From: an uncultured Eubacteriales bacterium
Lineage (GTDB): Bacteria > Acidobacteriota > Aminicenantia > Aminicenantales > Aminicenantaceae
Direction of reading: 5' to 3'
Length of the DNA stretch: 64,000 nt
NCBI GenBank assembly: GCA_964348015.1
Contig: CAYGBC010000039.1
Span: forward strand, 77,998-141,997
Position numbers and translations under genes: made by a program. Below the pieces are notes generated by a model. That model was not told the origin of the DNA, did no database searches, and saw only the letters and a program-made list of their open reading frames with translations. Below are positions 37,872 through 48,118 of this stretch, in pieces; within the stretch, counting starts at the first letter, position 1; every line of letters starts with the position of its first letter.

Positions 37872-39100
37872 TTTATCCGTTCTCCGATGGCCTTTTCCAA
37901 GGCGGCCTGAGTGATATTCCAAGCATACAGGGACTCCTGGTAATCCTTTAGGATGCTGGTGTAGGTTCTTTGAGAATCCAGGTAGTCGATGAGAGAGATC
38001 TCGCCCTGTGTGTAACTCTGCTCGGAAATCTTCAGACTCTCTTCGGCCTGTTTCAATAGGCCTTCGTGGAAGATCCTGATCTTCTGTTCGGAGTATTTCT
38101 GCTCGTTCAACCTGGCTTTGACCTCTGAGGCGATTTCCATTTTTAAAGCTCTCAATTCCTGGTGTTGCATCTGGTAAAGGCTTTCCGCTTCTGCGATTTC
38201 TTTGGATTTGAAGTTCCAGAGGGGGATGTCCAGTGAAATGCCGATTCCCTTGTTCTGTCCGTCCAGCTCATTGTTGATGAACCCGGAAAGCTCGAAGTCC
38301 GGAAGCCTCTGCCATTTGACATACTTTAACTGGCTGTCCGCAAATTCAAGATAACTCTCTTTTCCTTTAATCAGGGGGTGGGAAAGCCTTGCCTTCTCCA
38401 GGAGAGATTGTTCGTCGATTTGAAGAGGCCTGTATCCCAGCCTTCCCAGGATAGAGAAATCCGCAGGGAGAGAGTTCCCCAGGAATTTATTCAGGTTTTC
38501 CTTGGCCAACCTCAATTCGGTCCGTATTCTGTTGAGCTCGTTCCGGGCTTTGAGAGTTTCGACATGAAGTTTGATCGCTTCCAGCTCCCGTGTCTCTCCC
38601 AGTGCGACTCTTTTTAAAATCAGCTGATGGATCTCCTCGAGTGAATCCAGGTTGCTCTGGAGGAGCTCTTCTTCATTTTTGAGCAGGAGAACCTTGTAGA
38701 ACAGCTTTTTTATCTCGTAGGTGATTTCGATCTGAGTAAAACGGAAAAAATGTCCGGAAGCCTTCCAATCCTTTTCGAACATCTGAACACGGTAGTGTCT
38801 TTTGAAGGGATTTTCAAGATATTGGCTGAGAGACACGCTGTCCGTGTTTATTTTTCCCGGAATGTCGTAGAGTTCTCCTTTTCCTGTTTGGTAGGCCAAT
38901 TCAGGATTCGACAGGCGCTTGGAGGCCTGGAATGCGGCTTTTTTCGCTTCGACTTCCTGGGCTTTAGCCAGGAGCACCGGGCTGTTGGTCAGGCCCAGAT
39001 CGAGTATCTCAGAGAGCGTGAATTCCTTTTTCTCTTCAGATGCGGTGACAACAGAAAGGAGGAGAAGAAGGACAAGAATTGAGGCGGCATGTTTTTTCAT
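37868..39100 (-). CDS. TolC-family outer membrane factor (CzcC-like)
   Basis: 410 aa with a signal peptide and two OEP-type repeats. Confidence 0.82.
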   Translation of the reverse strand: MKKHAASILVLLLLLSVVTASEEKKEFTLSEILDLGLTNSPVLLAKAQEVEAKKAAFQASKRLSNPELAYQTGKGELYDIPGKINTDSVSLSQYLENPFKRHYRVQMFEKDWKASGHFFRFTQIEITYEIKKLFYKVLLLKNEEELLQSNLDSLEEIHQLILKRVALGETRELEAIKLHVETLKARNELNRIRTELRLAKENLNKFLGNSLPADFSILGRLGYRPLQIDEQSLLEKARLSHPLIKGKESYLEFADSQLKYVKWQRLPDFELSGFINNELDGQNKGIGISLDIPLWNFKSKEIAEAESLYQMQHQELRALKMEIASEVKARLNEQKYSEQKIRIFHEGLLKQAEESLKISEQSYTQGEISLIDYLDSQRTYTSILKDYQESLYAWNITQAALEKAIGERIK

Positions 39101-39161
39101 ATTCTGACATATATTGTATTGGATTTAGGATGGGATGAAAAGAGGAAGATGACGGCCAGAT

Positions 39162-41354
39162 TTAAATCCGCCACCAGTAGGAAAATTTGATGAAGTAATA
39201 GCGTCCCTGACTTTGCCAGATTCCGAAATCATCCTGTTCCTGGTTGTCGTCTATCCCGAAGTAAAAGACCGTTCCCGGACGGTATTCGTAGCTGAAGAGA
39301 AAGCTGTTGTAGAGTTTGTCGTAGTAGTCGTTATAGTCTGTGATCAGACGGAGCGAGAGCGAACGGGATAGCTGAAGATTGATGCGCTGGCTGATGATGT
39401 TCACTTCGTACTCCTTGGCTCCGCCTTTATCCCTGTAGAAATTATTATTCTGGAAATTGTAGAAGAGCCGAAGGTTGGTGAGCGGCTTGAACGTCAGCCT
39501 GGCTCTAATGGAAGTCAAATATCCGAGATAAGGAGGGTCTTCGTCATACTTGATGCTGTCCCCGAAGGAGTAGGAAAGGTTGCCGCTGAGCCAGGACAGG
39601 GGCTCTGCACTGAAGTTGAAGCGGAAGGACGTTTTTCGGAAGTTGATTCCCTCGTACTTCTCAAACTCAGATGAGGCAGTGGCCCAGAAGTGGGACTGCC
39701 TCCAACCGTTCAGAAATAAAGAGAGCTGGAGGTCTTCATCGGTCAGGCTGTTGCTGAAATCATAGATTCTCCGGTATTCGAAGGAAGGACGGATGGAGAT
39801 GATCAGGTCATTCTGGGGGAGGAAGGCATACCCGATGCGCGTGTTGAAGTGATGGATGTCTTTTCGCCGGATAAATCCGGTGGCCGCCTCGAAATCCGGA
39901 TGGATGCTCGTCCAGTTGGCGGACAGCGTCAGATGGCGGGATGTGCTGCTCAAATTCAACAGAGCCGCCGGGACGATATCTGTCGTTTCAGTCCCGAATT
40001 TGCTCGCCGAGCCCAGGAACTGGAAGGAAAACCTGTAAAAATTGTTGAACTTGAGATGGCCGTCAAACCCGAACACCCGGTTATAATTGTCCGTGAGAGT
40101 GCTCCAGGATCCTCCCATTTCTTTATCGGTCAGGATAAACCCGATATGGGATTCCGGATAGAGGTCTCTTTTGATGCGGAATACATTGACCAGGGCCTTG
40201 TAGGGATTCTCGGCATCTTCATCTTCGTCCGGGACACCAGGAATATCAATGCGTCCGGGATTTTCATCAAAGGTGCTCAGGAAGCCTATGGTGACAGGGC
40301 CGGATTTTCCCGTCAGCTTGGTGCCCCAGAGGGGATCTATGATTGTCCTCGAGTAGACGAGCTCGACCGGAGTGTCGTAGAAGTCTTTTCCCTCCAAGAA
40401 AAAAGGTCGTGTCTCCGGGTAATACAGGGCGTACCTCTGGTTAACGTCGATCTGGGGCATGTCCGCCTCGACCTGGCTGAAGTCGGGATTATACGTGAAG
40501 TCTGCGGTCAGGTCAGACGTGATCCCGTATTTCAGGTTGAGGCCCGCTTCAGATTCGATCTCTTCCTCGTTCTGCTTCAGGCCCGTGAGAACGGGCATGA
40601 GCTCGAAATTCTTTCCTCTTTCGATGAACCCGTCAATCTCGAGCGTTCCCGCTTGAATCAGGAAACCGTTGACATTCCGGGAGCGGGGACGCCAGTAGAT
40701 CTCTTCATTTTTTCTCCGTATCGTTCTCATGATCTGGAGGCCCCAGACTTGAGTCTCCGTGTTGGGGAACCGGAGGCTCTTGAAAGGAATCGCCATTTCA
40801 ACAGTGTAGCCACTGTCATCTCTTTTGGCGTTGGAAAGAAAATAAGTGTCCCAGTACCTGTCGAACCCGAAGAACCCTCCACGGCCGCGTCCTCTTCTCC
40901 GTGTCTCCGTGTAGATCCCGTCGGTCTGGATTCCGCAGGGATTAATCCGGAAGACAAAGGCCCTCTTTTTGTCGTTGAAGGTATCGAGGTAGATCGTGAA
41001 GTCGTCGTCTCCCTGGACCGAGTCCCTCTTGGCAATACAGGCCCTGATACCTTGAGGGTTCGAGTCAAAGCAGCGGGCGGCGATGTAGAGGTTTTTCTTG
41101 TCGTATGCGACATAGACGATGGTTTTTTCTGTGGGCTGGACGCCCTCTTGGGGTTCGTACTGCGTGAATGTATCGAGGACCGCGCCCTTTTCCCAGAGAG
41201 GGTTCTCCAGTATGCCGTCTATTTTCGGGGGATCAGTGAACTCCGGAATACTTATGCGGTAGCTTTCTTTGTTTTCCTGGGGAAAGGAAAACGCCATGCA
41301 CAGCAGGAGACCGGGGACGATCAGCAGATACTGAAGTTTAGTCAACCTCATCAT
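39162..41354 (-). CDS. exported CBM9-like/DUF5916-type protein, probable outer-membrane beta-barrel
   Basis: 730 aa with a signal peptide and an N-terminal IDGILENPLWEKG…YVAYDKKNLYIAARCFD motif, as in CBM9/DOMON-like domains. The C-terminal region is long, rich in beta-strands and aromatic residues, and ends …YWWRI. Confidence 0.55.
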   Translation of the reverse strand: MMRLTKLQYLLIVPGLLLCMAFSFPQENKESYRISIPEFTDPPKIDGILENPLWEKGAVLDTFTQYEPQEGVQPTEKTIVYVAYDKKNLYIAARCFDSNPQGIRACIAKRDSVQGDDDFTIYLDTFNDKKRAFVFRINPCGIQTDGIYTETRRRGRGRGGFFGFDRYWDTYFLSNAKRDDSGYTVEMAIPFKSLRFPNTETQVWGLQIMRTIRRKNEEIYWRPRSRNVNGFLIQAGTLEIDGFIERGKNFELMPVLTGLKQNEEEIESEAGLNLKYGITSDLTADFTYNPDFSQVEADMPQIDVNQRYALYYPETRPFFLEGKDFYDTPVELVYSRTIIDPLWGTKLTGKSGPVTIGFLSTFDENPGRIDIPGVPDEDEDAENPYKALVNVFRIKRDLYPESHIGFILTDKEMGGSWSTLTDNYNRVFGFDGHLKFNNFYRFSFQFLGSASKFGTETTDIVPAALLNLSSTSRHLTLSANWTSIHPDFEAATGFIRRKDIHHFNTRIGYAFLPQNDLIISIRPSFEYRRIYDFSNSLTDEDLQLSLFLNGWRQSHFWATASSEFEKYEGINFRKTSFRFNFSAEPLSWLSGNLSYSFGDSIKYDEDPPYLGYLTSIRARLTFKPLTNLRLFYNFQNNNFYRDKGGAKEYEVNIISQRINLQLSRSLSLRLITDYNDYYDKLYNSFLFSYEYRPGTVFYFGIDDNQEQDDFGIWQSQGRYYFIKFSYWWRI

Positions 41355-41392
41355 GACCTAGTATTATATCCGAACAGAAAGTGCTTGAAAAC

Positions 41393-42955
41393 TTATTTTC
41401 CCCGGAAGTCAGAGTACTTGATGTTCCTTTTCTCGAGGCTCGTTCCCAGAGATCTTTCTAAGCGCGCCAAAGAGACCACGTAGTCATACCTCGCTATGAG
41501 CAAGTTTGTCCGGGCAGTGGTCAATTCTGTCTGGTACTGAAGGACGAAGTAAGGAGTGGAGATGCCGACCTTGAATTTTTCCTCCTCTGCCTTGAGGGTT
41601 TCCTCCGCCAGGTCCAGCGCGACTTCATAGGCCTTGACTCTTTCATAATTTGTCTGCACGGCTCTCACGGCACTTTTGACCTCGAGAAAGATCTGCTGCT
41701 CCTGGTCTTTGAGGGCGAGCAGCGACTGTTCCATGTTCAACTTCGTTTGAGCGTAGTTGGCTCTCGAAAAGACGTTGTTCAGAGGGATATCCAGCGTCAC
41801 TGCCACAGACCAGTTGTCGTACACGAGGTTAAACGCGTCAGACACCGCATCAGAGGCCGGGTACACGTTCTCTCCGATCGGGTCGCCAAAAGGATTGAGG
41901 GGATCAAATATCAGTTCTGTTCCAGATATTCCAGGACTCCAGTAGGAGGCTGACAGGTTGAGGCCGGGAAGGAGCTGATTCTTGGCGTTTTTGACATCGA
42001 TCTCTCTGTTTTTAAGATTGATCCGGGTTCCTTTCAGATCCGGTCTCTTCTGGAGAGCTGTCTGGAGTGCTTCTTCAAAACTGATTTCGCGTTTCTCAAA
42101 ATCGGGTGGATCCACAGGAATGACCCGCACATCGTCCGCGATCCCTTCCGCGGACAGGTTGAGCAGGACTCTCAAGTTGTCCTCGGCGTCTTTGATCTGG
42201 GATTCGGCTTGGATGATATCCGCTTTTCGGGATGCTACCGCGGACTGGGAACTCAAGATTTCAATCGGAGCCAGGGTGCCGACTTCAACAGACCTCTTGT
42301 TTTTCTCAAGAAGTTCTTCAGCGAGCTGGAGAGAAAGCTGTCTGACTTTTAGGTTTTCGATAAGTCCCTTCAATGCCCAGTAGGCTTCTTCCACTTCGTA
42401 GATTGTCTGCTGGAGCGACTGCTCGAGTTGTGTTTCGGAGATATCCAGGTTATTCCGGGCGACGACGATTTCTCTTCTGGTTATCTTCGGCCCAAAATTT
42501 CTCAGAAGAGGCTGGTTGAGGTCGAACCGCAGCGTAGCTCCGTAACGAGGGTTGACACTCTGGAACCTCTGGTTCGTTTCGGTCGAGTAGCCGTCAAGCG
42601 ATATCGAAAAAGTTCCTCCGATCGGAAGAAGCTGCGAGATCCCGACATCATAGCCTGATCGAGTTGTCTGGACATCGCCCCCGGATTCGAGGAATGAGTA
42701 CGACGCCTGGATGTTTTCTCTCGTGTTGTAGCCAAAGCTGAGAGTGGGATAGAATATTTCCTTGGCCATAGAAACGCGAAGCTCGGCCACTTCCGGGTTC
42801 ATCAACTCAATGGCCACGCCGAGGTTTTGCCTCAGAGCTTTCACGATACATTCTTCCAGTGTCAGGGAAAGAGCCTTCTCTTCCTGTTGGGCCAGAGATG
42901 ATGTGGCCGCGAAGAGAATCAGTGTTGTAAAGATTAAGAGTGTGTGTTTTCGCAT
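41393..42955 (-). CDS. TolC-family outer membrane efflux protein
   Basis: 520 aa with a signal peptide (…SSLAQQ) and two OEP repeats. Confidence 0.87.
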   Translation of the reverse strand: MRKHTLLIFTTLILFAATSSLAQQEEKALSLTLEECIVKALRQNLGVAIELMNPEVAELRVSMAKEIFYPTLSFGYNTRENIQASYSFLESGGDVQTTRSGYDVGISQLLPIGGTFSISLDGYSTETNQRFQSVNPRYGATLRFDLNQPLLRNFGPKITRREIVVARNNLDISETQLEQSLQQTIYEVEEAYWALKGLIENLKVRQLSLQLAEELLEKNKRSVEVGTLAPIEILSSQSAVASRKADIIQAESQIKDAEDNLRVLLNLSAEGIADDVRVIPVDPPDFEKREISFEEALQTALQKRPDLKGTRINLKNREIDVKNAKNQLLPGLNLSASYWSPGISGTELIFDPLNPFGDPIGENVYPASDAVSDAFNLVYDNWSVAVTLDIPLNNVFSRANYAQTKLNMEQSLLALKDQEQQIFLEVKSAVRAVQTNYERVKAYEVALDLAEETLKAEEEKFKVGISTPYFVLQYQTELTTARTNLLIARYDYVVSLARLERSLGTSLEKRNIKYSDFRGK

Positions 42956-43149
42956 TTGGGTCCTCCTTGATTCATGTTCATTTATGAATTTCCAATATCA
43001 AATCAGGAAAATTTAAAATGCAAGACAAGGCTGGATATCGTTTATTTCTGATTTCTGTATTCAAACTTCTTGCCTGTCATTTGAGATTAATTTCCTTCTT
43101 CATTCATTCACGACCAGTTCTATCTATTCCTTCTCGTGGCTTAGATTTC

Positions 43150-44367
43150 CTATTCGTATCTCAACGCATCAATCGGGTCCAGCTTGGACGCTTTCCAGGC
43201 CGGGTAAAATCCGAAAAATATTCCCACAAAACCTGAAAAAAAGAAGGCGGCGATGACAGACCAGAGAGAGACGAGCGTTTCCCAGTCGGCAAGCCTGGAG
43301 ATCAGTGTTGAGCCGACAACGCCCGCCCCAACGCCTAAAAAGCCTCCCAGTATGCTCAAAACGATGGCTTCGGACAGAAACTGAAAAAGAATGTCTTTTT
43401 CTCGGGCTCCGACAGACATCCTGATCCCGATCTCCCGGATGCGCTCGGTCACGGAGACGAGCATGATGTTCATGATCCCGATTCCACCTACCAAAAGGGA
43501 TACAGAAGCGATTCCTCCGAGAAGGATCTTCAACGCCTCCCTGGATTCAGCCGCGCTTTCGGCGATATCGGACATGTTCCTCACGTTGAAGTCATCCTCC
43601 GCTCCGGGCGCGATCTTGTGCCGGACCCGGAGGACATCCTCGATCTGTCTCATCGCCTCCTCAGTCCTGGATCCGGAAACGGCAGAGACGTCGATGGAGC
43701 TAATTTTAGTTGTTCCGAGGAGCCTCCTCTGGGCAGTGGTGTAAGGAATGAGGATCATGTCGTCCCTGTTCCAGAATCCCCCGGATTCCCCGATGGATTC
43801 CAGCGTGCCGATCACACTGAAAGGGATTTTTTTAAGCCTTATGATCTGCCCGATCGGGTCGGCTCCTTCGAAAAGATTTTGGTTCACTTCACTGCCCAGG
43901 ACACAGACCTTCTGTCCGGACCTGACCATGTTTTCATCGAAAAAGATTCCCTCCTTGATGTCCCAGTTTCGGATTTCCGGGTACTTATCACCGACTCCGT
44001 AGATCGAGGTGTTCCAGTTCTTGTTTCCGTAGATAACCTGCGCTCGGGTGGAAACCGACGGCGACACGTACTGGACCGCATCGCACTTCTCCAGTATCGC
44101 CTTGGCATCGTCAGCGGTCAGAGTCTGGACTGATCCTCCTCCATAATGGCGGCCTCTGAAGGACTGGCTTCCCGGGCGGACATAAAGGAGATTGGTCCCC
44201 ATCTCTTCGAAGCGCTTTTCCACTTCTCTCTTTGCGCCTTCACCGATGCTGACCGTGGCGATGACGGCTCCGACTCCGATGATGATGCCCAGAGCCGTGA
44301 GAAAGGAACGCATTTTATTCCGGCCTAATGCCCTGAGAGCGATGCGTATGGTCCTCAGTATATTCAT
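43150..44367 (-). CDS. ABC exporter permease, MacB/FtsX family
   Basis: 405 aa with an N-terminal TM, a MacB-type periplasmic domain and a C-terminal FtsX 3-TM domain. Confidence 0.88.
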   Translation of the reverse strand: MNILRTIRIALRALGRNKMRSFLTALGIIIGVGAVIATVSIGEGAKREVEKRFEEMGTNLLYVRPGSQSFRGRHYGGGSVQTLTADDAKAILEKCDAVQYVSPSVSTRAQVIYGNKNWNTSIYGVGDKYPEIRNWDIKEGIFFDENMVRSGQKVCVLGSEVNQNLFEGADPIGQIIRLKKIPFSVIGTLESIGESGGFWNRDDMILIPYTTAQRRLLGTTKISSIDVSAVSGSRTEEAMRQIEDVLRVRHKIAPGAEDDFNVRNMSDIAESAAESREALKILLGGIASVSLLVGGIGIMNIMLVSVTERIREIGIRMSVGAREKDILFQFLSEAIVLSILGGFLGVGAGVVGSTLISRLADWETLVSLWSVIAAFFFSGFVGIFFGFYPAWKASKLDPIDALRYE

Positions 44368-44410
44368 TCTTACACTCCTTTATCAGGAAGCCATTTTCGT
44401 ATAAAAGGGC

Positions 44411-45106
44411 TCATTCATTCTCTTCTTTGACGATCTGGCCGTCCCGGAGGTATATTCGTCTCCGGGCGATCGAGGCCACATCCGGGTCATGAGAGACCAG
44501 GATGATCGTGATCTTTTTTTCCAGGTTGAGTTTCTGGAAGATGTCCATGATCTCTTTTCCTGTCTTTGAGTCCAGGTTTCCGGTGGGCTCGTCTGCGAGG
44601 ACCAGGGAAGGATTGTTGATCAGAGACCGGGCGATGGCGACTCTCTGCTGTTCTCCTCCTGAAAGCTGGTTTGTCCTGTGGAGTTCCCTCCCTTTCAAAC
44701 CGACTTCTTCTAAGACGTTATAGGCCATCTCCTTGGATTTTTTGGCCGGTGTGCTCGAATACAGGAGGGGGAGCTCGGTGTTCTCAAGGGCGGTGGTGCG
44801 GGAAAGAAGGTTGAAGGTTTGAAAGACGAAGCCGATTTTTTTATTCCTGATCCGGGCCAGTCTATTTTTGTCCAGGGTGGAGACCTCTTGTCCCTCTAAA
44901 ATGTATTTTCCTTCTGTGGGCCTGTCCAGACAGCCGATGATGTTCATCAAAGTCGATTTGCCGGAGCCTGAGGGGCCCATGATGGCCACGAGATCGCCTT
45001 CGTGAATTTCGTAAGAGACACCCCTGAGCGCGTTGACCTCTGTCTCTCCGATCTTGTACACCTTCTTGAGGTTCTCCAGTTGAATAAGGCTGTTGTTACG
45101 GCTCAT
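44411..45106 (-). CDS. ABC transporter ATP-binding protein, MacB/LolD family
   Basis: 231 aa with Walker [10 protein letters not shown], signature LSGGEQQR and Walker B LVLADEPT. Confidence 0.92.
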   Translation of the reverse strand: MSRNNSLIQLENLKKVYKIGETEVNALRGVSYEIHEGDLVAIMGPSGSGKSTLMNIIGCLDRPTEGKYILEGQEVSTLDKNRLARIRNKKIGFVFQTFNLLSRTTALENTELPLLYSSTPAKKSKEMAYNVLEEVGLKGRELHRTNQLSGGEQQRVAIARSLINNPSLVLADEPTGNLDSKTGKEIMDIFQKLNLEKKITIILVSHDPDVASIARRRIYLRDGQIVKEENE

Positions 45107-45151
45107 TGATTTCTTTCCTTCTAATGGTCTTGATTCTCGAAGGGAAAAAGA

Positions 45152-46510
45152 CTATCGGAACATCCTCATCATGGAGGGAGGCCTGCTGGAGGAGGAGCGG
45201 CTGCTGTCTTCGGAGTTCTCTCCTGTGATCACAAGCTGTCCTTCTTCCAGGTCTCCGGAAACGATTTCCGTATAAGAATTATCCGTCACTCCCTTCCGGA
45301 TGAACAGCATTTTGATCTGGCCGTTCTCGTCCTCGATCCAGACCCGCCCAAAATCTCTCATTTGTCTTCCCGACATGCCAAAATTTCCCCTTCTGGATTG
45401 GCGCTGTCCTGCTTCAGTCCTCTGTGTGCCCTGCCGTTGGGTTTCTCTATTCTGCTCGGGTTTCCTCTCGGGGATCGTTCCTTCTCTGCGTGCGGCTCTT
45501 TCCTCTCTCATCCGTTTCATGAGTTCCATCATTTCTTCCTGGCTCAAATTGGGAGTGAAACGGAGGGCCGCATTCGGGACGCGGAGAGCATTCCGCGCTT
45601 CTCCGGTCACGATCGAGACGGTCGCGGTCATCCCGGGTCTCAGCTTCATCTCCGGATTGTCGACTTCGACGATAGTGGTGTAGGTGACGACATTCTGGAC
45701 GATCTCGGGGGAATACCGGACCTGTTTGACCATTCCGCGGAAATTCTCATCCGGGAAGGCGTCGACAGTGAACCTGACTTTCTGGTCCTCCTTGACCTTT
45801 CCGATATCCGCCTCGTCCACGCTGCACTCCACCTGCATCTTAGCCAGGTCGTTGGCGATCTGGAAAAGAACCGGAGCCTGAAAACTGGCGGCCACAGTCT
45901 GGCCGACGTTGACGTTCCGGTTAATGACCACGCCTTCGATCGGTGATTTAATGACGGTGTATGTCAGGTTGACCTTGCTCGTCTCGAGCTGGGATTTCGC
46001 CTGCTCCAGCCTGGCTTCTGCGGATTGGATGTCGGCCTTGGCGCCGTAATAATTGGTCTCGACTGCCTCCTTGTCTTCAAAAGACATCAGATCTTTTTCA
46101 AAGAGGCTCAGGGCGCGGTCATATTTTTTTTGAAGATTTTCGTAGGTGACTTTGGCTTTTTCCAGGGAAGCGACGGCGCTTTGGTAGTTGGCCTTATCCT
46201 GGTTCACCCGGCTTATGAATTGTGACTGTTCCAGTTGAGCGATGACCTGTCCCGCTTTCACCCGGGAATTGAAATCCACGTAGATCTCTTCAATCTCTCC
46301 TGAAACCTGGCTTCCCACGTCAACGATAGTCACGGGATTCAACGTTCCCGTGGTGACGACGAGGGCTTCGATGTTCCCCCGGTCCACCGCTTCTTTCTTG
46401 TATTTTTCACTGCTTCCGTTGCCGTTGTTGAAGACGGTCAGGCCGAGAACGATTCCTGTGACTGTCAGCGCGACAGTGATAACGGCTATAAGGATGATCT
46501 TCTTTTTCAT
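45152..46510 (-). CDS. periplasmic adaptor (HlyD/MacA-like) with an Arg/Gln-rich insertion and Ser-rich tail
   Basis: N-terminal TM, then lipoyl, coiled-coil and beta-barrel adaptor layout. The ATG at 46510 is preceded by GGAG. The track start is at 46522. Confidence 0.85.
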   Translation of the reverse strand: MKKKIILIAVITVALTVTGIVLGLTVFNNGNGSSEKYKKEAVDRGNIEALVVTTGTLNPVTIVDVGSQVSGEIEEIYVDFNSRVKAGQVIAQLEQSQFISRVNQDKANYQSAVASLEKAKVTYENLQKKYDRALSLFEKDLMSFEDKEAVETNYYGAKADIQSAEARLEQAKSQLETSKVNLTYTVIKSPIEGVVINRNVNVGQTVAASFQAPVLFQIANDLAKMQVECSVDEADIGKVKEDQKVRFTVDAFPDENFRGMVKQVRYSPEIVQNVVTYTTIVEVDNPEMKLRPGMTATVSIVTGEARNALRVPNAALRFTPNLSQEEMMELMKRMREERAARREGTIPERKPEQNRETQRQGTQRTEAGQRQSRRGNFGMSGRQMRDFGRVWIEDENGQIKMLFIRKGVTDNSYTEIVSGDLEEGQLVITGENSEDSSRSSSSRPPSMMRMFR

Positions 46511-46523
46511 TTTTATCTCCATT

Positions 46524-46991
46524 TTATCTCGGTCTGCGCTTTTTGGAATGGTTTCCGTCGTCTTTTTTGTCCTTTCTGTGCTTATTCGAATACTCTTTTC
46601 TTCTGTCCGCTTCTTTTTTCCTCTGAGAGATATACTTTTTGATCATCGCATCAAACTTTTGAGCCTGTTCCTCGGTCAGAACGCTATTTATTTCTTCCTT
46701 GAGCTGATATCTCATGCTCTTCAGACGCGCATCGATATCTTTTCTCAGCGTTTTGAATCTTTCCTCGTTGTTCCTGAATACTTCTCTGATCTTATCCTCC
46801 TGCTCTGGGGTTAAGTTCAGCTCCACGACCATATCTTCCATGGAAGGAAAACGGACCGAGCTTCTTCTTCTGTCTTTTTTCTCGAATTTTTTATGAGTCA
46901 GATTCTTTTCCAGGAGCATTCCCCCCAGGATCCCTGCAGCAAAAACCACGATCAGAGACAACGCAATCCAGAATTTATAGTGATTTTTCAT
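46524..46991 (-). CDS. Spy/CpxP-like periplasmic LTXXQ-motif protein
   Basis: 155 aa with an N-terminal TM/signal, two LTxxQ motifs (LNLTPEQEDKI, SVLTEEQAQKF) and a basic tail. Confidence 0.65.
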   Translation of the reverse strand: MKNHYKFWIALSLIVVFAAGILGGMLLEKNLTHKKFEKKDRRRSSVRFPSMEDMVVELNLTPEQEDKIREVFRNNEERFKTLRKDIDARLKSMRYQLKEEINSVLTEEQAQKFDAMIKKYISQRKKEADRRKEYSNKHRKDKKDDGNHSKKRRPR

Positions 46992-47491
46992 GGCTGATAT
47001 CTCCTTGTATCGGCATTGGAGCCGTTGTTGTTTTCCTCCGCAGTAAAAATAAGCTCCATGTTTTTGTCCACAAAGCTTTCTCTGTCTAACAACGCGCTCG
47101 TCTCTTCGAGCGGATTGAGGTTACGGAGAAGAGCTTCTGATTGGCTGAGTTCTGTTCCTTCCTGAGGCGAGAGCAGGAGTATAGCGGTTCCAAACAGTAT
47201 GATCAAAACAAGAGAAACAGGAATGGTCCGAATGCCCCACTGTTTCCACACGGTCCACGGCTCGGAGGCCTTCCTCTCTTTCAGCTTGGCTTTGAGGCGT
47301 TCCTCAAAATAGGGTTTGGGCTCCGGAAAATCTTTTTCTTTCAGTGAATTGAGGATGACCTTGTATTCTTCCTGAGTCGCGGAACAGAGAGAACACTTCT
47401 GCAAGTGCGCATCGAGTTCCTTTTTCTCGTGAGATGTGATTCGCCCGTCCAAAGCGCGGAGTATCGCTTTCTCGCATTTCTTACAATCCAT
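46988..47491 (-). CDS. anti-sigma factor (zf-HC2 type, single TM)
   Basis: 167 aa with N-terminal MDCKKCEK…HLQKCSLC (HxxxCxxC) and a central TM. It overlaps both neighbours by 4-11 nt. Confidence 0.78.
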   Translation of the reverse strand: MDCKKCEKAILRALDGRITSHEKKELDAHLQKCSLCSATQEEYKVILNSLKEKDFPEPKPYFEERLKAKLKERKASEPWTVWKQWGIRTIPVSLVLIILFGTAILLLSPQEGTELSQSEALLRNLNPLEETSALLDRESFVDKNMELIFTAEENNNGSNADTRRYQP

Positions 47492-48056
47492 GATGACCTC
47501 CTTTTTGGCTTAAGAAAGGCGCCAGTTTTTTCCGGAGAAGTTTCCTGGCTCTGTGAAGGCGTGAATCCACAGTCCCAGGAGAAATTTTCAGGACCCTGGA
47601 GATCTCTTCATAGGAAAGCCCCTGAATATCTCTCAAAGACAGGATGACCTGGTGCTTCTCGGGAAGAGTCCGGATCGTCTCGCGGACGACTTTCCTTCTT
47701 TGTTTTTCAGTGGATTCCTTTTCCTTTTTCATCATGTCATCTTCCCGGAGGATCGAACTTTCCTTGATCTCGTCGAAAGGGAGATTTTTCACTCGTCCCG
47801 TCTTTCTCAGAAAATCCCGAATATGGTTGACCGTAATCCTGTAGAGCCAAGTTCCGAATCCAGACCTGAGCTGGAATCTCGGGAGAGCGTAATAGGCCTT
47901 GATGAATGCCTCCTGAGCCAAGTCGTCGGCTGTATCGCGGTCACGTGTTAAACTGAAAGCCAAATTAAACACCTTTGTTCTGTATTTTTTCACCAGCGAG
48001 GCAAAGGCGTTTTCGTCGCCTTCCTTGCTCAATTGTATGAGTTCTTTCTCTTCCAT
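47481..48056 (-). CDS. ECF (group IV) RNA polymerase sigma factor
   Basis: Sigma-70 region 2 (FASLVKKYRTKVFNLAFSLTRDRDTADDLAQEAFIKAY) and region 4 (LSLRDIQGLSYEEISRVLKISPGTVDSRLHRAR). The start is chosen at the ATG giving MEEKELIQ…. The track ORF extends to 48185. Confidence 0.85.
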   Translation of the reverse strand: MEEKELIQLSKEGDENAFASLVKKYRTKVFNLAFSLTRDRDTADDLAQEAFIKAYYALPRFQLRSGFGTWLYRITVNHIRDFLRKTGRVKNLPFDEIKESSILREDDMMKKEKESTEKQRRKVVRETIRTLPEKHQVILSLRDIQGLSYEEISRVLKISPGTVDSRLHRARKLLRKKLAPFLSQKGGHHGL

Positions 48057-48089
48057 GCGACATCCGCATCTCTTTGCCTCCGTGCACTC

Positions 48090-48118
48090 TTTAGACGGAG
48101 GAAAGAGAAGAATCTTCC
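48090..48118 (-). promoter_or_regulatory. candidate ECF-type autoregulatory promoter (GGAAGAT-N14-CGTCTAAA)
   Basis: On the minus strand: GGAAGAT (48118-48112), 14 nt, CGTCTAAA (48097-48090), about 35 nt upstream of the sigma ATG. An identical bipartite motif occurs at 48744-48772. Confidence 0.55.

Noticed and set aside
39849-41483. A 544-aa ORF antisense to the DUF5916-type gene. Similar long antisense ORFs occur at 2468-3496 (342 aa), 17739-18719 (326 aa), 49293-50201 (302 aa) and 59787-60821 (344 aa).
   Set aside because: Each lies entirely opposite a gene with unambiguous conserved motifs. Their translations are low-complexity and Arg/Gly/Pro/Ser-rich, with no recognisable motifs or ribosome-binding sites. 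This is the usual shadow-ORF effect when sense codons whose complements are stops (TTA, CTA, TCA) are rare.
42956-43149. Possible third copy of the ECF promoter motif upstream of tolC (GGAATAG…CGTGAAT).
   Set aside because: Both half-sites differ from GGAAGAT/CGTCTAAA, and the spacing is 11 nt rather than 14 nt.
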